Shown in pieces: positions 27,109 through 36,734 of a DNA stretch of 64,000 nt. Positions within the stretch are counted from its first letter, which is position 1, and every line of letters starts with the position of its first letter. The translations under genes were made by a program, and so were the position numbers. The notes under the pieces are model-generated. The model was not told where the DNA came from, made no database searches, and was given only the letters and a program-made list of their open reading frames with translations. This DNA is from a virus. Where the stretch lies: IMG/VR virus record IMGVR_UViG_3300036800_000041, positions 6,724 through 70,723 of that record, one strand, 5' to 3'.

Positions 27109-28830
27109 ATGAATGCACCGATGGAGGCTTCCCGCTCAGTTGCACCAAGAGCCTTGCGGCCATACCAGATCGAAGCAGCTGATGCTGTCGAAGCTAATTG
27201 GGCCGATGGCATTTGGCGTACCGGTGTCGTGCTGCCGACCGGCGCCGGTAAATCGACCGTCATCGGCGAGCTATTGCTACGTGCCTACCGCCGCGGCCAG
27301 CGCAGTATTGCTGTCGCTCACCGCGGCGAGCTGCTTGACCAGATGCGTCGCGACTTTCACGCTGTCGCGCCTGATGTCCCGACAACACAGACCGGGATCG
27401 TGCGCGCCGAGCAGGATGATCACCATTGCCCGATCGTGTTCGCTACCTTGCAAACGCTAGCCACCGCTCACCGGCGCGAAGCATTGGGGCACCGTGACGT
27501 ACTGATCTGGGACGAAGTGCACCACGCTGGCGCCGACGGTTTCCACACCACGTTCAGCGAGCTCGGCGGCTACGACGGCGCGCGTATGGCCGGCTTCACT
27601 GCCACGATGGCCCGCGCCGAACGCGGTCGGATCGGTCTCGGCGACGTCATCGAAAAGATCAGCTATGAGCGCGACCTGGCGTGGGCGATCAAGCACGGCT
27701 ACCTGGTGATGCCACACGGACTGACGGTACGGATCAAGGGGCTGAATGCTCTGAACGACGTTCGTAATGTAGCCGGAGATTTCCACCAGACCGAGCTCGC
27801 CGAAATCATGGAAGCGGCTTCAACTTACGTCGTGGAAGCCATTGAGAAGCACGCCATCGACCGGCGCAGCATCATTTTCGCCGCCAGTGTCGACGCCGCC
27901 GAAGAAATCAGCCGGGCGATCAACGCCAGCGGCAAATTGAAAGCCGACTACGTTACCGGCGCAATGAATTACGAATCACGTAAGCCTATCTATGATAACT
28001 TCCGTACCGGCGCGATCGACTGCCTGGTAACCGTCATGGTGCTAACCGAAGGCGCCGACTTCCCAATGTGTGATTGCGTAGTGCTGGCCCGGCCTACACG
28101 CTCGCGCAACCTGTACAGCCAGATGATCGGGCGCAGCCTCCGTCTCTATGAGAACAAAAACGATGCGTTAGTTCTGGACCTGGCGGGCAGTGCCCGCAAT
28201 ATGAAGCTGGTCAGGTTGACCGAGCTGCTGGAAGGCGTCGAGCAGACTGACGTTGACCCCGACGGCAACCTGATTGAGCCGGAACCCCTAGAGGACATCG
28301 GCGCATTCGAGGCGGAAACCAAGATCGTCCGTGTCGGACCGGTCGACATGGTGACGATCGATCTGCTGGCCAACGATGACACGCTCTGGCTGCAGACCCC
28401 GGCCGGCGTCCCGTTCCTGTCGCTGATGGGCGCCGGTGACGTCGTGTTCCTATGGCCGCAGGACGGTCGACGACCGAGCGGTGATGAAAAGCTGAAATGG
28501 GCTGTCGGCCAGATCAACACACGCCGCCCCAAGATCGGTGGATGGGTCAACGAAACAGGCCGTTACCCGAGCGACGAGCCGGTCTATATCGACCTTCCCG
28601 ATGCGCTGGAAGCCGCCGAGGTATGGGTTGTCACGACTGAGCAAGGCCTTGCCAGCCGCAATGCTGGCTGGCGGCGCAATCAGGCGCCCAGCGATAAGCA
28701 GATGAATCTGGCCCGCAATCTGGGCATTGTCGGCTACGACTTCATGACCAAGGCACGCCTGAGCGATGAAATCAGCATCACGTTCGCCAGCCGGGTGCTC
28801 GACGGTGCGATGGAAGGGACCGTGAGATGA
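27109..28830 (+). CDS. superfamily 2 DEAD/DEAH-like helicase
   Basis: PTGAGKS, DEVH, TAT, LTEGAD.P, QMIGRSLR. Confidence 0.95.
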   Translation: MNAPMEASRSVAPRALRPYQIEAADAVEANWADGIWRTGVVLPTGAGKSTVIGELLLRAYRRGQRSIAVAHRGELLDQMRRDFHAVAPDVPTTQTGIVRAEQDDHHCPIVFATLQTLATAHRREALGHRDVLIWDEVHHAGADGFHTTFSELGGYDGARMAGFTATMARAERGRIGLGDVIEKISYERDLAWAIKHGYLVMPHGLTVRIKGLNALNDVRNVAGDFHQTELAEIMEAASTYVVEAIEKHAIDRRSIIFAASVDAAEEISRAINASGKLKADYVTGAMNYESRKPIYDNFRTGAIDCLVTVMVLTEGADFPMCDCVVLARPTRSRNLYSQMIGRSLRLYENKNDALVLDLAGSARNMKLVRLTELLEGVEQTDVDPDGNLIEPEPLEDIGAFEAETKIVRVGPVDMVTIDLLANDDTLWLQTPAGVPFLSLMGAGDVVFLWPQDGRRPSGDEKLKWAVGQINTRRPKIGGWVNETGRYPSDEPVYIDLPDALEAAEVWVVTTEQGLASRNAGWRRNQAPSDKQMNLARNLGIVGYDFMTKARLSDEISITFASRVLDGAMEGTVR

Positions 28831-28913
28831 GCGCTGGAGACCGGACTATGAAGCTTTTGTCGGCATCCCCGACGAAGGGAAAACCTCACAACCACAACCC
28901 GAAAGGAACGATT

Positions 28914-29162
28914 ATGCGGACCTACAACGAGGAAACTATCACGCCCGAAATCGCGCGCGAATATCTCACCTACAACACCCATAACCGCCCAATAAAAGAC
29001 GATCGCGTCTTTATGTATGCCGAGCAGATGGGTCAAGGTAAATGGCGACCTAACGGCGAAGCGATCAAGTTCGGCACCACCTACCGCCAAGGCCGCGCCG
29101 TTAATGTACTGGTCTGGCGTTCCGGTGGCAGTAGTCCCGAGGCATTCCCCGAGGCCGTGTGA
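28914..29162 (+). pseudogene. truncated ParB/DGQHR-like protein N-terminus
   Basis: ITPEIAREYL..NTHNRPI...YAEQM..GKWRPNGEAIKF, then diverges before the expected DGQHR motif; GAAAGGA RBS. Confidence 0.6.
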
Positions 29163-29419
29163 TGAGCAGTGACCAGCTAGGTGACGCGCCAATCGAAAAG
29201 CGATTCACGCGCCTGATGAAGTCAGTAGCGCGCGAGCTCGACACACGCTTCAACCCTGACACCGCCGGTGTGGGCCGGACCGTCGGCTTCGTGCTGTTGG
29301 TGTTCCCATACCGCAGCGAGGACGGCCGGTGCAACTACATCAGCAATGGTGCTGACCGCGGTGATGTGCTGCGTCTGCTGGAAGAACAGGCCCAGCGATT
29401 CAGGGAGCAGGGGCTATGA
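29162..29419 (+). CDS. hypothetical protein
   Basis: GFVLLVFP...CNYISNGADR small phage-protein motif. Confidence 0.8.
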   Translation: MSSDQLGDAPIEKRFTRLMKSVARELDTRFNPDTAGVGRTVGFVLLVFPYRSEDGRCNYISNGADRGDVLRLLEEQAQRFREQGL

Positions 29420-29577
29420 CCGGCGACCCGTTCGTGTTCCGCGACGGCGTACCCGACGACTATGACGGCGACTGGCTTGACGAGCAGGCCGAGAAGCGCA
29501 TGGGCCTCGTATCGCGGCCGACCGAAAGGCTGTGTCCTGACCGCTACACCTGGCACGCCGGATCGGAGTGCATCTAA
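29416..29577 (+). CDS. small hypothetical protein
   Basis: Coupled at both ends. Confidence 0.6.
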   Translation: MTGDPFVFRDGVPDDYDGDWLDEQAEKRMGLVSRPTERLCPDRYTWHAGSECI

Positions 29578-29867
29578 TGGCTAGCGTCGCAGACGACTAC
29601 CCGGCACGCCGGGAAGTTGACAGCCGAGGTGAGCGCGTGTGGTTCAAATCGGCCGTTCGTGACTCCAGCGAAACGTGGGGATGGACCTGCGACCCGACCC
29701 AGGCCCATTCCGATTACCAGGTCAAGATCGGTGGTGACGGCAGTGCGGTGACGTGGGTCGGCGACCCGTGGGGCGGTGCCGACACCGTGATACTGCCGCC
29801 GGTCGCCGACACCGACCTGCCCAAGATCACCATGAACGGCCATCGCGTCGACTGGCCCGATACCTAA
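29577..29867 (+). CDS. hypothetical protein
   Basis: TAATG coupling. Confidence 0.65.
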   Translation: MASVADDYPARREVDSRGERVWFKSAVRDSSETWGWTCDPTQAHSDYQVKIGGDGSAVTWVGDPWGGADTVILPPVADTDLPKITMNGHRVDWPDT

Positions 29868-30008
29868 TGCGAGCACTGCGTCAATTTCGCTCTCCAGGGT
29901 GGTGACGAAATCACGTTCGTGCACCATGACGGATTGCATACGCAGCACCGACTACTCCCGACGGCGGAACAGGCCGTCGCAGTATCACACCCACAACAGG
30001 AGGAAACA

Positions 30009-31184
30009 ATGACCCAACTAGCCGAGGACGGCACCGAGGTCGAAGAACAGCGATTCACTCAATGGTCGCGCTATCCGCTGCCGCCGGCGCCTCCGCGGTT
30101 CACAGTGGTCTACGACGGTTATGGCCGCTACAAGCTGCCCAGCCCCTCGACCGGCCGGCCGACGGCGTTCTCTCGTGCTACCACGATCGCCGACACGCTG
30201 GACGAAACCTACAACCTGAACCGCTGGAAACGACGCAACGCCGTTAAAGCGATCTTTACCGCGCTAGCTATGACGGAGATTCCCGCGGCCCAGGCTGCTT
30301 CACCCGACGCTTTTGACGTCCCTGGGGACAAGTCGTTAGTTGACGTGTTCGCCGACGCCAGAGAGGCAATCAGAATCGAAGATGACCGTGCGCTGGACGT
30401 CGCGATTGACCTGCTCGACAACATGACCGGCGGCCGGGATGCCGCCGAGCTCGGTGAAGCGGTGCATGCGTGGCTGGAAGCGGTCGATGTCGGCACCGTG
30501 TTGCCTGCCGACGTGCCCGACATGTTCAAGCCTTACGTGGCCGCCTACCGGGATGCGCTGCGCCGCGCCGGTCTAATCGCGCTGCAGCAGTACGTCGAGC
30601 GCGTCGTGCTCAACGATCGCGGCGAAGAAACGATCGCAGGCACGATTGACCGGATATTCCAAGTCGTAACCACCGGTGAACTGATCATGGGCGATGTCAA
30701 GACGTCCAAGACACTGGAGTATGGCTGGCTCACCTACTCGGTACAGGTGGGGGGTGTTTATGGTTTTGCCACCAAGATGATGGCCGTCGACGGGTCCGGT
30801 TGGGAGCCGATGCCCGAAATTGGCCAGGAATACGCCATCATCCTGCACATTCCGTCTGATCAACCAGAACGGTCGGCGGCGGTGACCATTGACATGTGGT
30901 TCGGCGGCGAAACGATGATCACTTCACTGGAGACACGCCGTCGGCGCAAGGCTGCACCCAAAGCCGTCCCGTTCGTTCATGAAATTCCGGTGCCCAGCAA
31001 AGCGGCGCTGCGCTACGTCGAGGCGCGTGACGCGCTATTGGATATCAGCTATGTCGGTGATTTGCCAGATATCTGGGAGCAGTACGAAGACGTGTGGGAT
31101 GACAGTCTCACCGAGCTAGGCAACCACATTGCCGAGCTGTTTCAAAAACGTGACCGCATAAGCGCTCGCGACACGCACAAGTAG
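30009..31184 (+). CDS. Cas4/RecB-like PD-(D/E)XK exonuclease
   Basis: GEAVH, VE, AGTIDR, GDVKT; AGGAGG RBS. Confidence 0.85.
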   Translation: MTQLAEDGTEVEEQRFTQWSRYPLPPAPPRFTVVYDGYGRYKLPSPSTGRPTAFSRATTIADTLDETYNLNRWKRRNAVKAIFTALAMTEIPAAQAASPDAFDVPGDKSLVDVFADAREAIRIEDDRALDVAIDLLDNMTGGRDAAELGEAVHAWLEAVDVGTVLPADVPDMFKPYVAAYRDALRRAGLIALQQYVERVVLNDRGEETIAGTIDRIFQVVTTGELIMGDVKTSKTLEYGWLTYSVQVGGVYGFATKMMAVDGSGWEPMPEIGQEYAIILHIPSDQPERSAAVTIDMWFGGETMITSLETRRRRKAAPKAVPFVHEIPVPSKAALRYVEARDALLDISYVGDLPDIWEQYEDVWDDSLTELGNHIAELFQKRDRISARDTHK

Positions 31185-31197
31185 AAAGAACACGCGC

Positions 31198-31815
31198 ATG
31201 CCTAACCCGTTTGACAAGAACAAAGGCAGCGGCATAACCGCTGCCAAGCGCGCCACGCCGTCGACTCCGCCGCGTATTGCTGCGGCGCCACGCGCCGCGG
31301 CGCCCCGCAATGGCTCCCCTCCCAAGGCAAAGCCAGAAGCCGGCGACGGCTTCGACACTACCGACGCCGACGGTTCACATGTTACTGGCAACGCCGGTGA
31401 CCCCTTCAGCACGCCGCCAGGCGTGTCGGAGTACAAGATCACTGAGCTGGTGGGCGCACTCATGTTGGTTAAGCCGACTGAGGTAATCGAACAGATGGAC
31501 ACGGATATTGGCACGGCTGAGAACGTGGTCCGTGCTGATGTAACCGTGCTGGAAGATGCGGCGCTGATCGATCCGGAGACACAAGGACCGACCGGCGAAA
31601 CGTTGGCCGCCGGTTCAACCGTCGAGGACATTCTAATTTTCCAGATGGCCCTTAAGCGTGCTTTGTTGCGCGTGATGGACGGCCCGAACCCGTACCTGCT
31701 TGGTCGTCTGGGCATGGGCAATGCGAAAAAGGGGAAGAACGCCCCGTTTATTTTCGAGCGCCCTGACGAAGATGACGCCGTCTTGGCGCGACAGTATCTC
31801 GCATCAGTCAGCTAG
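31198..31815 (+). CDS. hypothetical protein (possible ssDNA-binding/recombination partner)
   Basis: Follows the exonuclease; beta-rich C-terminal half. Confidence 0.75.
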   Translation: MPNPFDKNKGSGITAAKRATPSTPPRIAAAPRAAAPRNGSPPKAKPEAGDGFDTTDADGSHVTGNAGDPFSTPPGVSEYKITELVGALMLVKPTEVIEQMDTDIGTAENVVRADVTVLEDAALIDPETQGPTGETLAAGSTVEDILIFQMALKRALLRVMDGPNPYLLGRLGMGNAKKGKNAPFIFERPDEDDAVLARQYLASVS

Positions 31816-31826
31816 TCCCAGCAGCA

Positions 31827-31865
31827 ACAAAGGCCCGGTACTTCTTAGGAGGTACCGGGCCTTTG
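31827..31865. terminator. bidirectional intrinsic terminator
   Basis: CAAAGGCCCGGTAC...GTACCGGGCCTTTG between convergent operons. Confidence 0.85.
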
Positions 31866-31928
31866 CCCCTCTAGCGACCACAACCACGCAGTTCGCTGTT
31901 GACATAATATCAGGTAGTGTTTTCACGG

Positions 31929-33086
31929 CTATGTAGCCGGCGACGCTGCCGTGATTGCGCCACCTGATAGCACATAACGGTTATGCCATGCGGTGATCTT
32001 TCGAATGCCCAATGCGATCATCGGGGTGATGTCGTAGTCGAAGTGATCCGCCGCGGCGCCCCCGGCTGCGAACGTTATGCCATTGTAAATCTCCATGAAC
32101 ATGCCGACCGGCTCACCCAGCGCACTGATGACGCCGACCACAGTTCTGAAAGTTTGATTGACCACGGCATTGTAGACCAACGTTCCGACCTTGCCGGCAC
32201 CGCTTACGTCGTTCCAGGGATTTGCCGTGTAGAGCTCGGTCTGGCCATCATCGCTGCCCAGCCACACGTAATCGTAGAAGATCCCTGGTGTGGTCTGAAC
32301 AGGGGTCAGGCAGTCGGCCGGTCCGGCGATACCGCTGGTTATCGCACCGTCTTTCATCGGCGACTTACCCCAGCCCGCGTCATCGTTACCGTGAGCCGTA
32401 TCCGGCGCACGCAGTGGGTTTCCTTCGGTGATGACGAAAAGGACATCGTTCTGGCGATGATGCAGAACGCCGCTGGGCGCGATAATGTCATCGCGCCACC
32501 AATGCGAACCGAAGATTGCCGACTGACTGTAGAAGATGCCTGCGCACGGTCCCGTCGGGTAGACCGGACCCGGACCGGACCCCTCGCCCATCAGTCGTTT
32601 CAGCTCGGTGTGGCCCATTTCCGCGGAAACACCCATCGCCGGGCCGGTGATACTGGCCGGATAGTTGCCGATCGGCTGGACAGTCACCATGCCGGGTAGC
32701 GCTTGAGCGATTGCCAGCGCAATGCCATAGGGCTGTGGCCAGTCGGCGTCCCACATGTCGACACCGGTGCCCTGAGCGGTGAACAGAACCACCTTAGGCG
32801 CCTTGACGAACCCGCAGCGAACCTGCCAACTGAAGCCCATGATTCCATTGACAATTAGATGAGGGTTGATCGCTGGATTCGGGCCATAGCGGGTTTGCAT
32901 TTCACGCACGACATCGACCATTGCGGAGTCATAGGACATCGCCGCGGTGCCGCCGGCATCAAGACTGGCCTGGAGCGGTTCCGCGTAACTACGAAACATC
33001 CCCAGCAGGTACGCCTTCATCTGCTGGACTACCGGACTGACGTCGCCGAGACCGTAACCGATCCATTTGCCACCTATTTGCATCAC
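31929..33086 (-). CDS. lysB: lysin B (mycolylarabinogalactan esterase-like)
   Basis: N-terminal peptidoglycan-binding-like region; FTAQGTG, YPA, YSQ nucleophile, GNPLR; follows lysin A. Confidence 0.8.
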   Translation of the reverse strand: MMQIGGKWIGYGLGDVSPVVQQMKAYLLGMFRSYAEPLQASLDAGGTAAMSYDSAMVDVVREMQTRYGPNPAINPHLIVNGIMGFSWQVRCGFVKAPKVVLFTAQGTGVDMWDADWPQPYGIALAIAQALPGMVTVQPIGNYPASITGPAMGVSAEMGHTELKRLMGEGSGPGPVYPTGPCAGIFYSQSAIFGSHWWRDDIIAPSGVLHHRQNDVLFVITEGNPLRAPDTAHGNDDAGWGKSPMKDGAITSGIAGPADCLTPVQTTPGIFYDYVWLGSDDGQTELYTANPWNDVSGAGKVGTLVYNAVVNQTFRTVVGVISALGEPVGMFMEIYNGITFAAGGAAADHFDYDITPMIALGIRKITAWHNRYVLSGGAITAASPAT

Positions 33087-33111
33087 AGCCCTTTCAGTAG
33101 TTCAGTGATCT

Positions 33112-34713
33112 TTATGAGATCGGAGGCGGGCTCGGTCGAACGGTGCTCGGCGCAACGACAGGGGCAGTGGAAACTGGCGCCGGTGCCGCCGCTGCGCCTT
33201 GATTGAGCCACTTGCTGATCTGACAAACCGCCGGTGTGTTAATGACATTGGCCGGGGCCGCTAGGGCGGTGACTATCGCGTTCAGCTTAGCGATCAGGCC
33301 GTCGCGCTCAGTCATTTCACTGCCATCAGGGTAAATGCCAAATGATGACGCGCTACCCCATGCGGGCAGCCGCGGTCCTACCTGGTCGAAGATGTACCGA
33401 ACTTTGTCCAGCAGCTCTTGCTGTTCGTCGTCGGTCAAGGCCATAAGTGCTCCCCCTGGTGTTGTTGTCGTGGTCGATTGCTGAATCAGTGCGAGCAGGT
33501 CATTACCTTGCGCCAGTGCCAGATTCCAGCGCCGAGTGCGATCGTCAATGCCGTTCTGGCCGCCGTTGATCGCCTGCGTCACGCCCACGACGTCGCTGTT
33601 GTCGCACAGCCCGTTGATCTGCGGCCGGGCTATCGTCCAATACCAAGCAGGGCCGATCGCGGCGTATTGCAGGTCGCCCAGCGCTGCCGGATTGTCCACG
33701 AAATAGGTCGCGCTAGTGACGCCGGGCACGTTGTTGGCGTAGGCCCACTGGCTGAAGCTGGCGTAGTTGGCTTGGCCGGTGATTTGGATCCACGTTCGCC
33801 CTTGATAGGTCGTCCCGTCGATGGTTCCGATTTCGACGGTTGCGGTGAATCCGGCTGACTCTTCACCGATCTGGGCCAGCCACATGGCGATTCGATTGAT
33901 GTTAGTGCACTGGCTGTCGATGAGCCCTTGCGTGACGTCGGGCAGAATCTTGGCGGCTGTGTCGGCACTGACGCCGGTCGCCGCCACCAGCACGGTCGCA
34001 GGATCAGTTCCAGCTGGTGATGTCGTGTCGCCGACGGGTTGCACTGGCGTCGGACCGGTGGTCACGGTCGACGGAGGCGGCGTGGGCGACGAAGGTGGCG
34101 CGACGCCGGTGGTCACATCGGCGGGCCACACGGTGCCGTTCTGGCTGGTGCCACCACGCCGGTAGACGCTGAACATGTCAGGACGGATCTTGCGCTTGAT
34201 GAAGTCCATGCAGCTGGCGTCGCTGTGCATCGCAGGTGTCCAAGCGTCGCCGGTGTTACCACCGTCGTAGGTGCCGTACCCCATCTGGAAGTGCATGGAG
34301 TCTTTCGGAGTGGTCCAGTCCGCGCCCCAATAGACCATTCCCTCGTAGAAGTCGAGCAGTGTTCGCACTGCCGGTACTTCGTCGCCGGCGATCAGTGATG
34401 AGCCCTGCCAGCCCGCGGTCGGATCTTCGGCGGCCGGTCCCATCGGGTGATCGTTCCAATTGAAGTCGACGGCTGTGCCGCCCAGATGATTTGACGTGGC
34501 GACGCTGTTGGTGGGTGTCCAACCGCCCCAATCGTTTTCGCCGTTGTACGGCTCAACGTAGGCGTTCAGGTCGGCCAGGAATGCTTTGAGGATTGTGTTC
34601 GGCTCGCCGATCTGGACCGGAATGGACACTGATGTACCCGGCACGATCGATATGTCACAGTCGGCGTAGGCGCAGCTTGGCCAGCCATTTTCTGTCAGGG
34701 GTCCAAGACTCAC
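33112..34713 (-). CDS. lysA: lysin A (M15 peptidase plus GH19 domain)
   Basis: ENGW, SNHLGGTAVD, D.MHFQ (M15); AMWLAQIGEES, YQGRTWIQITG..NY, INGGQNGIDDR (GH19). Confidence 0.92.
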   Translation of the reverse strand: MSLGPLTENGWPSCAYADCDISIVPGTSVSIPVQIGEPNTILKAFLADLNAYVEPYNGENDWGGWTPTNSVATSNHLGGTAVDFNWNDHPMGPAAEDPTAGWQGSSLIAGDEVPAVRTLLDFYEGMVYWGADWTTPKDSMHFQMGYGTYDGGNTGDAWTPAMHSDASCMDFIKRKIRPDMFSVYRRGGTSQNGTVWPADVTTGVAPPSSPTPPPSTVTTGPTPVQPVGDTTSPAGTDPATVLVAATGVSADTAAKILPDVTQGLIDSQCTNINRIAMWLAQIGEESAGFTATVEIGTIDGTTYQGRTWIQITGQANYASFSQWAYANNVPGVTSATYFVDNPAALGDLQYAAIGPAWYWTIARPQINGLCDNSDVVGVTQAINGGQNGIDDRTRRWNLALAQGNDLLALIQQSTTTTTPGGALMALTDDEQQELLDKVRYIFDQVGPRLPAWGSASSFGIYPDGSEMTERDGLIAKLNAIVTALAAPANVINTPAVCQISKWLNQGAAAAPAPVSTAPVVAPSTVRPSPPPIS

Positions 34714-34775
34714 AACGCCGACTGTAGACGCCAGGTATGAATTATGCGCGTATTACCTCCGCGCGCCCCATGTGC

Positions 34776-34840
34776 TGGACAATGACGACTTGGGCGGGCT
34801 AGTCTTGACGTTGAGGCGGGAGGTACCCGCCGAGAGAGGC
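34776..34840 (+). promoter_or_regulatory. promoter plus conserved leader hairpin
   Basis: TGGACA-N18-TAGTCT; GGCGGGAGGTACCCGCC at 34815-34831. Confidence 0.7.
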
Positions 34841-34845
34841 ACATC

Positions 34846-35259
34846 ATGACCAATCCGACGGAGCCGACCGACGGCTACGGTGAGCTGATCCGTGCCCAAC
34901 GGCTCTATATGGGTCTCTCGCAGCGCGAGCTGGCGCGCACGGTCCCGATGGACCGGCGCACCTATCAGCGAATCGAGAACGGCACCGTACCGTGCCCGGT
35001 GGGTTTCTTGGACACGATGATCAAACTGGTCGACACATTCGACACCGAAGTATGGCAAACGGTCCAGACCGCCGAGAAAATGGCAGGCAGCAAGAGCGCG
35101 GGCAGTGTTCATTTCAACGTGCGTACCGATGAAGATTCGGCGCACGTCTGGACGCGCGCAGTGATCGGTCGCGCTGCTGTCGAGTCTGGTCTGATCGTCC
35201 CTGAAGCACGCCCCGAAGAATTGGTAACGACTCATGCTGGGAGGCTGGCCAATACATGA
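34846..35259 (+). CDS. XRE-family HTH protein
   Basis: IRAQRLYMGLSQRELA...RRTYQRIENG. Confidence 0.9.
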   Translation: MTNPTEPTDGYGELIRAQRLYMGLSQRELARTVPMDRRTYQRIENGTVPCPVGFLDTMIKLVDTFDTEVWQTVQTAEKMAGSKSAGSVHFNVRTDEDSAHVWTRAVIGRAAVESGLIVPEARPEELVTTHAGRLANT

Positions 35260-35654
35260 CCACTACAGGAACGTTGACCATCGTTGAGATGTACACCGTG
35301 CATTGCTGCACTGAATGTGGCGTAGACTATGCGATGACCAATGCTTATGAAGATCGCCGACGCAAGGATCATCGCACATTCTACTGCCTTAATGGCCACC
35401 AACAGTATTATCCGCAGCAAAATGAGGCTGAAAAGGAACGTGCCCGTGCCGAACGTCTTGAGCGTCAGCTGGCCAACCGGGATGAAGATTTGCGGTCTGT
35501 CCGAGCGTCCCTCACCGCTACCAAGGGACAGCTGACCAAGACACGTAAGCGTGTCGGAAACGGCGTATGCCCTTGCTGTAATCGAAGTTTCGCTAATCTC
35601 CAGCGTCACATGACTGGTCAGCATCCCGACTACATAGAGAGCGCCCAATCATGA
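35256..35654 (+). CDS. Zn-finger / coiled-coil protein
   Basis: CTEC, YCLNGH, coiled coil, CPCC..F..LQRHM...H. Confidence 0.8.
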   Translation: MTTTGTLTIVEMYTVHCCTECGVDYAMTNAYEDRRRKDHRTFYCLNGHQQYYPQQNEAEKERARAERLERQLANRDEDLRSVRASLTATKGQLTKTRKRVGNGVCPCCNRSFANLQRHMTGQHPDYIESAQS

Positions 35655-35857
35655 CCAAACGCAAGGCTCGAACGTACTTGTCGCGCACCCAGGTCGCCGA
35701 GCGCATTGGGCTAAAGAACGTCCGCAGTCTCTCGGGCCTGACACTGCCGCCACCCGACGTCATGGTGGGCGATCATGCCGGCTGGAATCCCGAAACGATC
35801 GACGCTTGGCAGGTCACCCGCCCTGGTCATGGACGCTGGAGCACCTACGTCCCATGA
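35651..35857 (+). CDS. AlpA/excisionase-like HTH protein (paralog of 19680-19883)
   Basis: YLSRTQVAERIGLKN...PDVMVG..GW.PETIDAW..RPG.GRW. Confidence 0.85.
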   Translation: MTKRKARTYLSRTQVAERIGLKNVRSLSGLTLPPPDVMVGDHAGWNPETIDAWQVTRPGHGRWSTYVP

Positions 35858-36057
35858 TGGCCGTTATCGCCGTGCAAGGCGACCAGCTGAATTTCATGAT
35901 CGAGGGCTGTGACCTGGCTACCGCTGCGCAGATGATGGACGCGGCGGCCAAAGCAATCCGCGACAAGCTGGCTAACGAGAAGCCTGCACCCGCGGCATCG
36001 CGGCTATATCTGCCGAATGGTCAGGTGCCTCCGCTTCCACCAATGCCTCTGCCTTAG
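35854..36057 (+). CDS. small hypothetical protein
   Basis: ATGA overlap. Confidence 0.6.
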   Translation: MMAVIAVQGDQLNFMIEGCDLATAAQMMDAAAKAIRDKLANEKPAPAASRLYLPNGQVPPLPPMPLP

Positions 36058-36065
36058 TAATTCTG

Positions 36066-36734
36066 TCAACCGCCCATACGCAGGAAAGCGTCAAAATTGC
36101 CTTCCATCGCATCCATATCGAAGCCAGCCGGTATTGACATTTCGCCGTCCTCTGTCTTTTCGTTGGGATCCGGCGCATAGAGCTTGAACATGAAATTATC
36201 GATCGCACGCTGCGCCTGCTGATGAGCGTTTTGACCTTCTCCTGACTTGGCCAGTGACTCCAACGTGATCTGCTCAGAGAAATCTAGCAAGGCGTGCATT
36301 GACGTCATGTTTCGCAATGGATCGGCGATGCCGTTGCAGGCCAGCTTGGCGCGCATGGAGCGCCAGTGATAGGCAGTGATCACCACCAGGTTGATTACCG
36401 CGGTGTACGGCCTAGCTGTGCCCCACGTCGCTACCCCTGATACGACACGCTGCATGGTGTCAGAGGCAATTTCGCCGTCGATCATTCGTTGCAACAGCTT
36501 CTCGACGTCCTCAGGCGGCAAATGCTCGCTCAGGAATAAGTGCAGATAGTCGACGCGCTCGGCATTTTTCAGCTTGCCGTTGCTAGCTTGGGCCAACGCG
36601 GCAGCTGACCGCGGTTTCGGATGACGAGCATGAATCGGGCCAATGCCACGGACATTGACGATGTCGTAATCGCCGGCCGGGTCGATCGCCTGCGCGTCGG
36701 CCATGAAGTCGTCGTAACCGGGGGGTGATTTCAT
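36066..36734 (-). CDS. tail assembly chaperone-like protein (GT-like)
   Basis: N-terminal half aligns by eye with 59504-60088; extra C-terminal helical domain. Confidence 0.6.
   Translation of the reverse strand: MKSPPGYDDFMADAQAIDPAGDYDIVNVRGIGPIHARHPKPRSAAALAQASNGKLKNAERVDYLHLFLSEHLPPEDVEKLLQRMIDGEIASDTMQRVVSGVATWGTARPYTAVINLVVITAYHWRSMRAKLACNGIADPLRNMTSMHALLDFSEQITLESLAKSGEGQNAHQQAQRAIDNFMFKLYAPDPNEKTEDGEMSIPAGFDMDAMEGNFDAFLRMGG

Noticed and set aside
31897-31922. TTGACATAA as an XerD-like arm or a promoter
   Set aside because: No XerC-like arm, and the spacing to TAGTGT (10 bp) is too short for a promoter.
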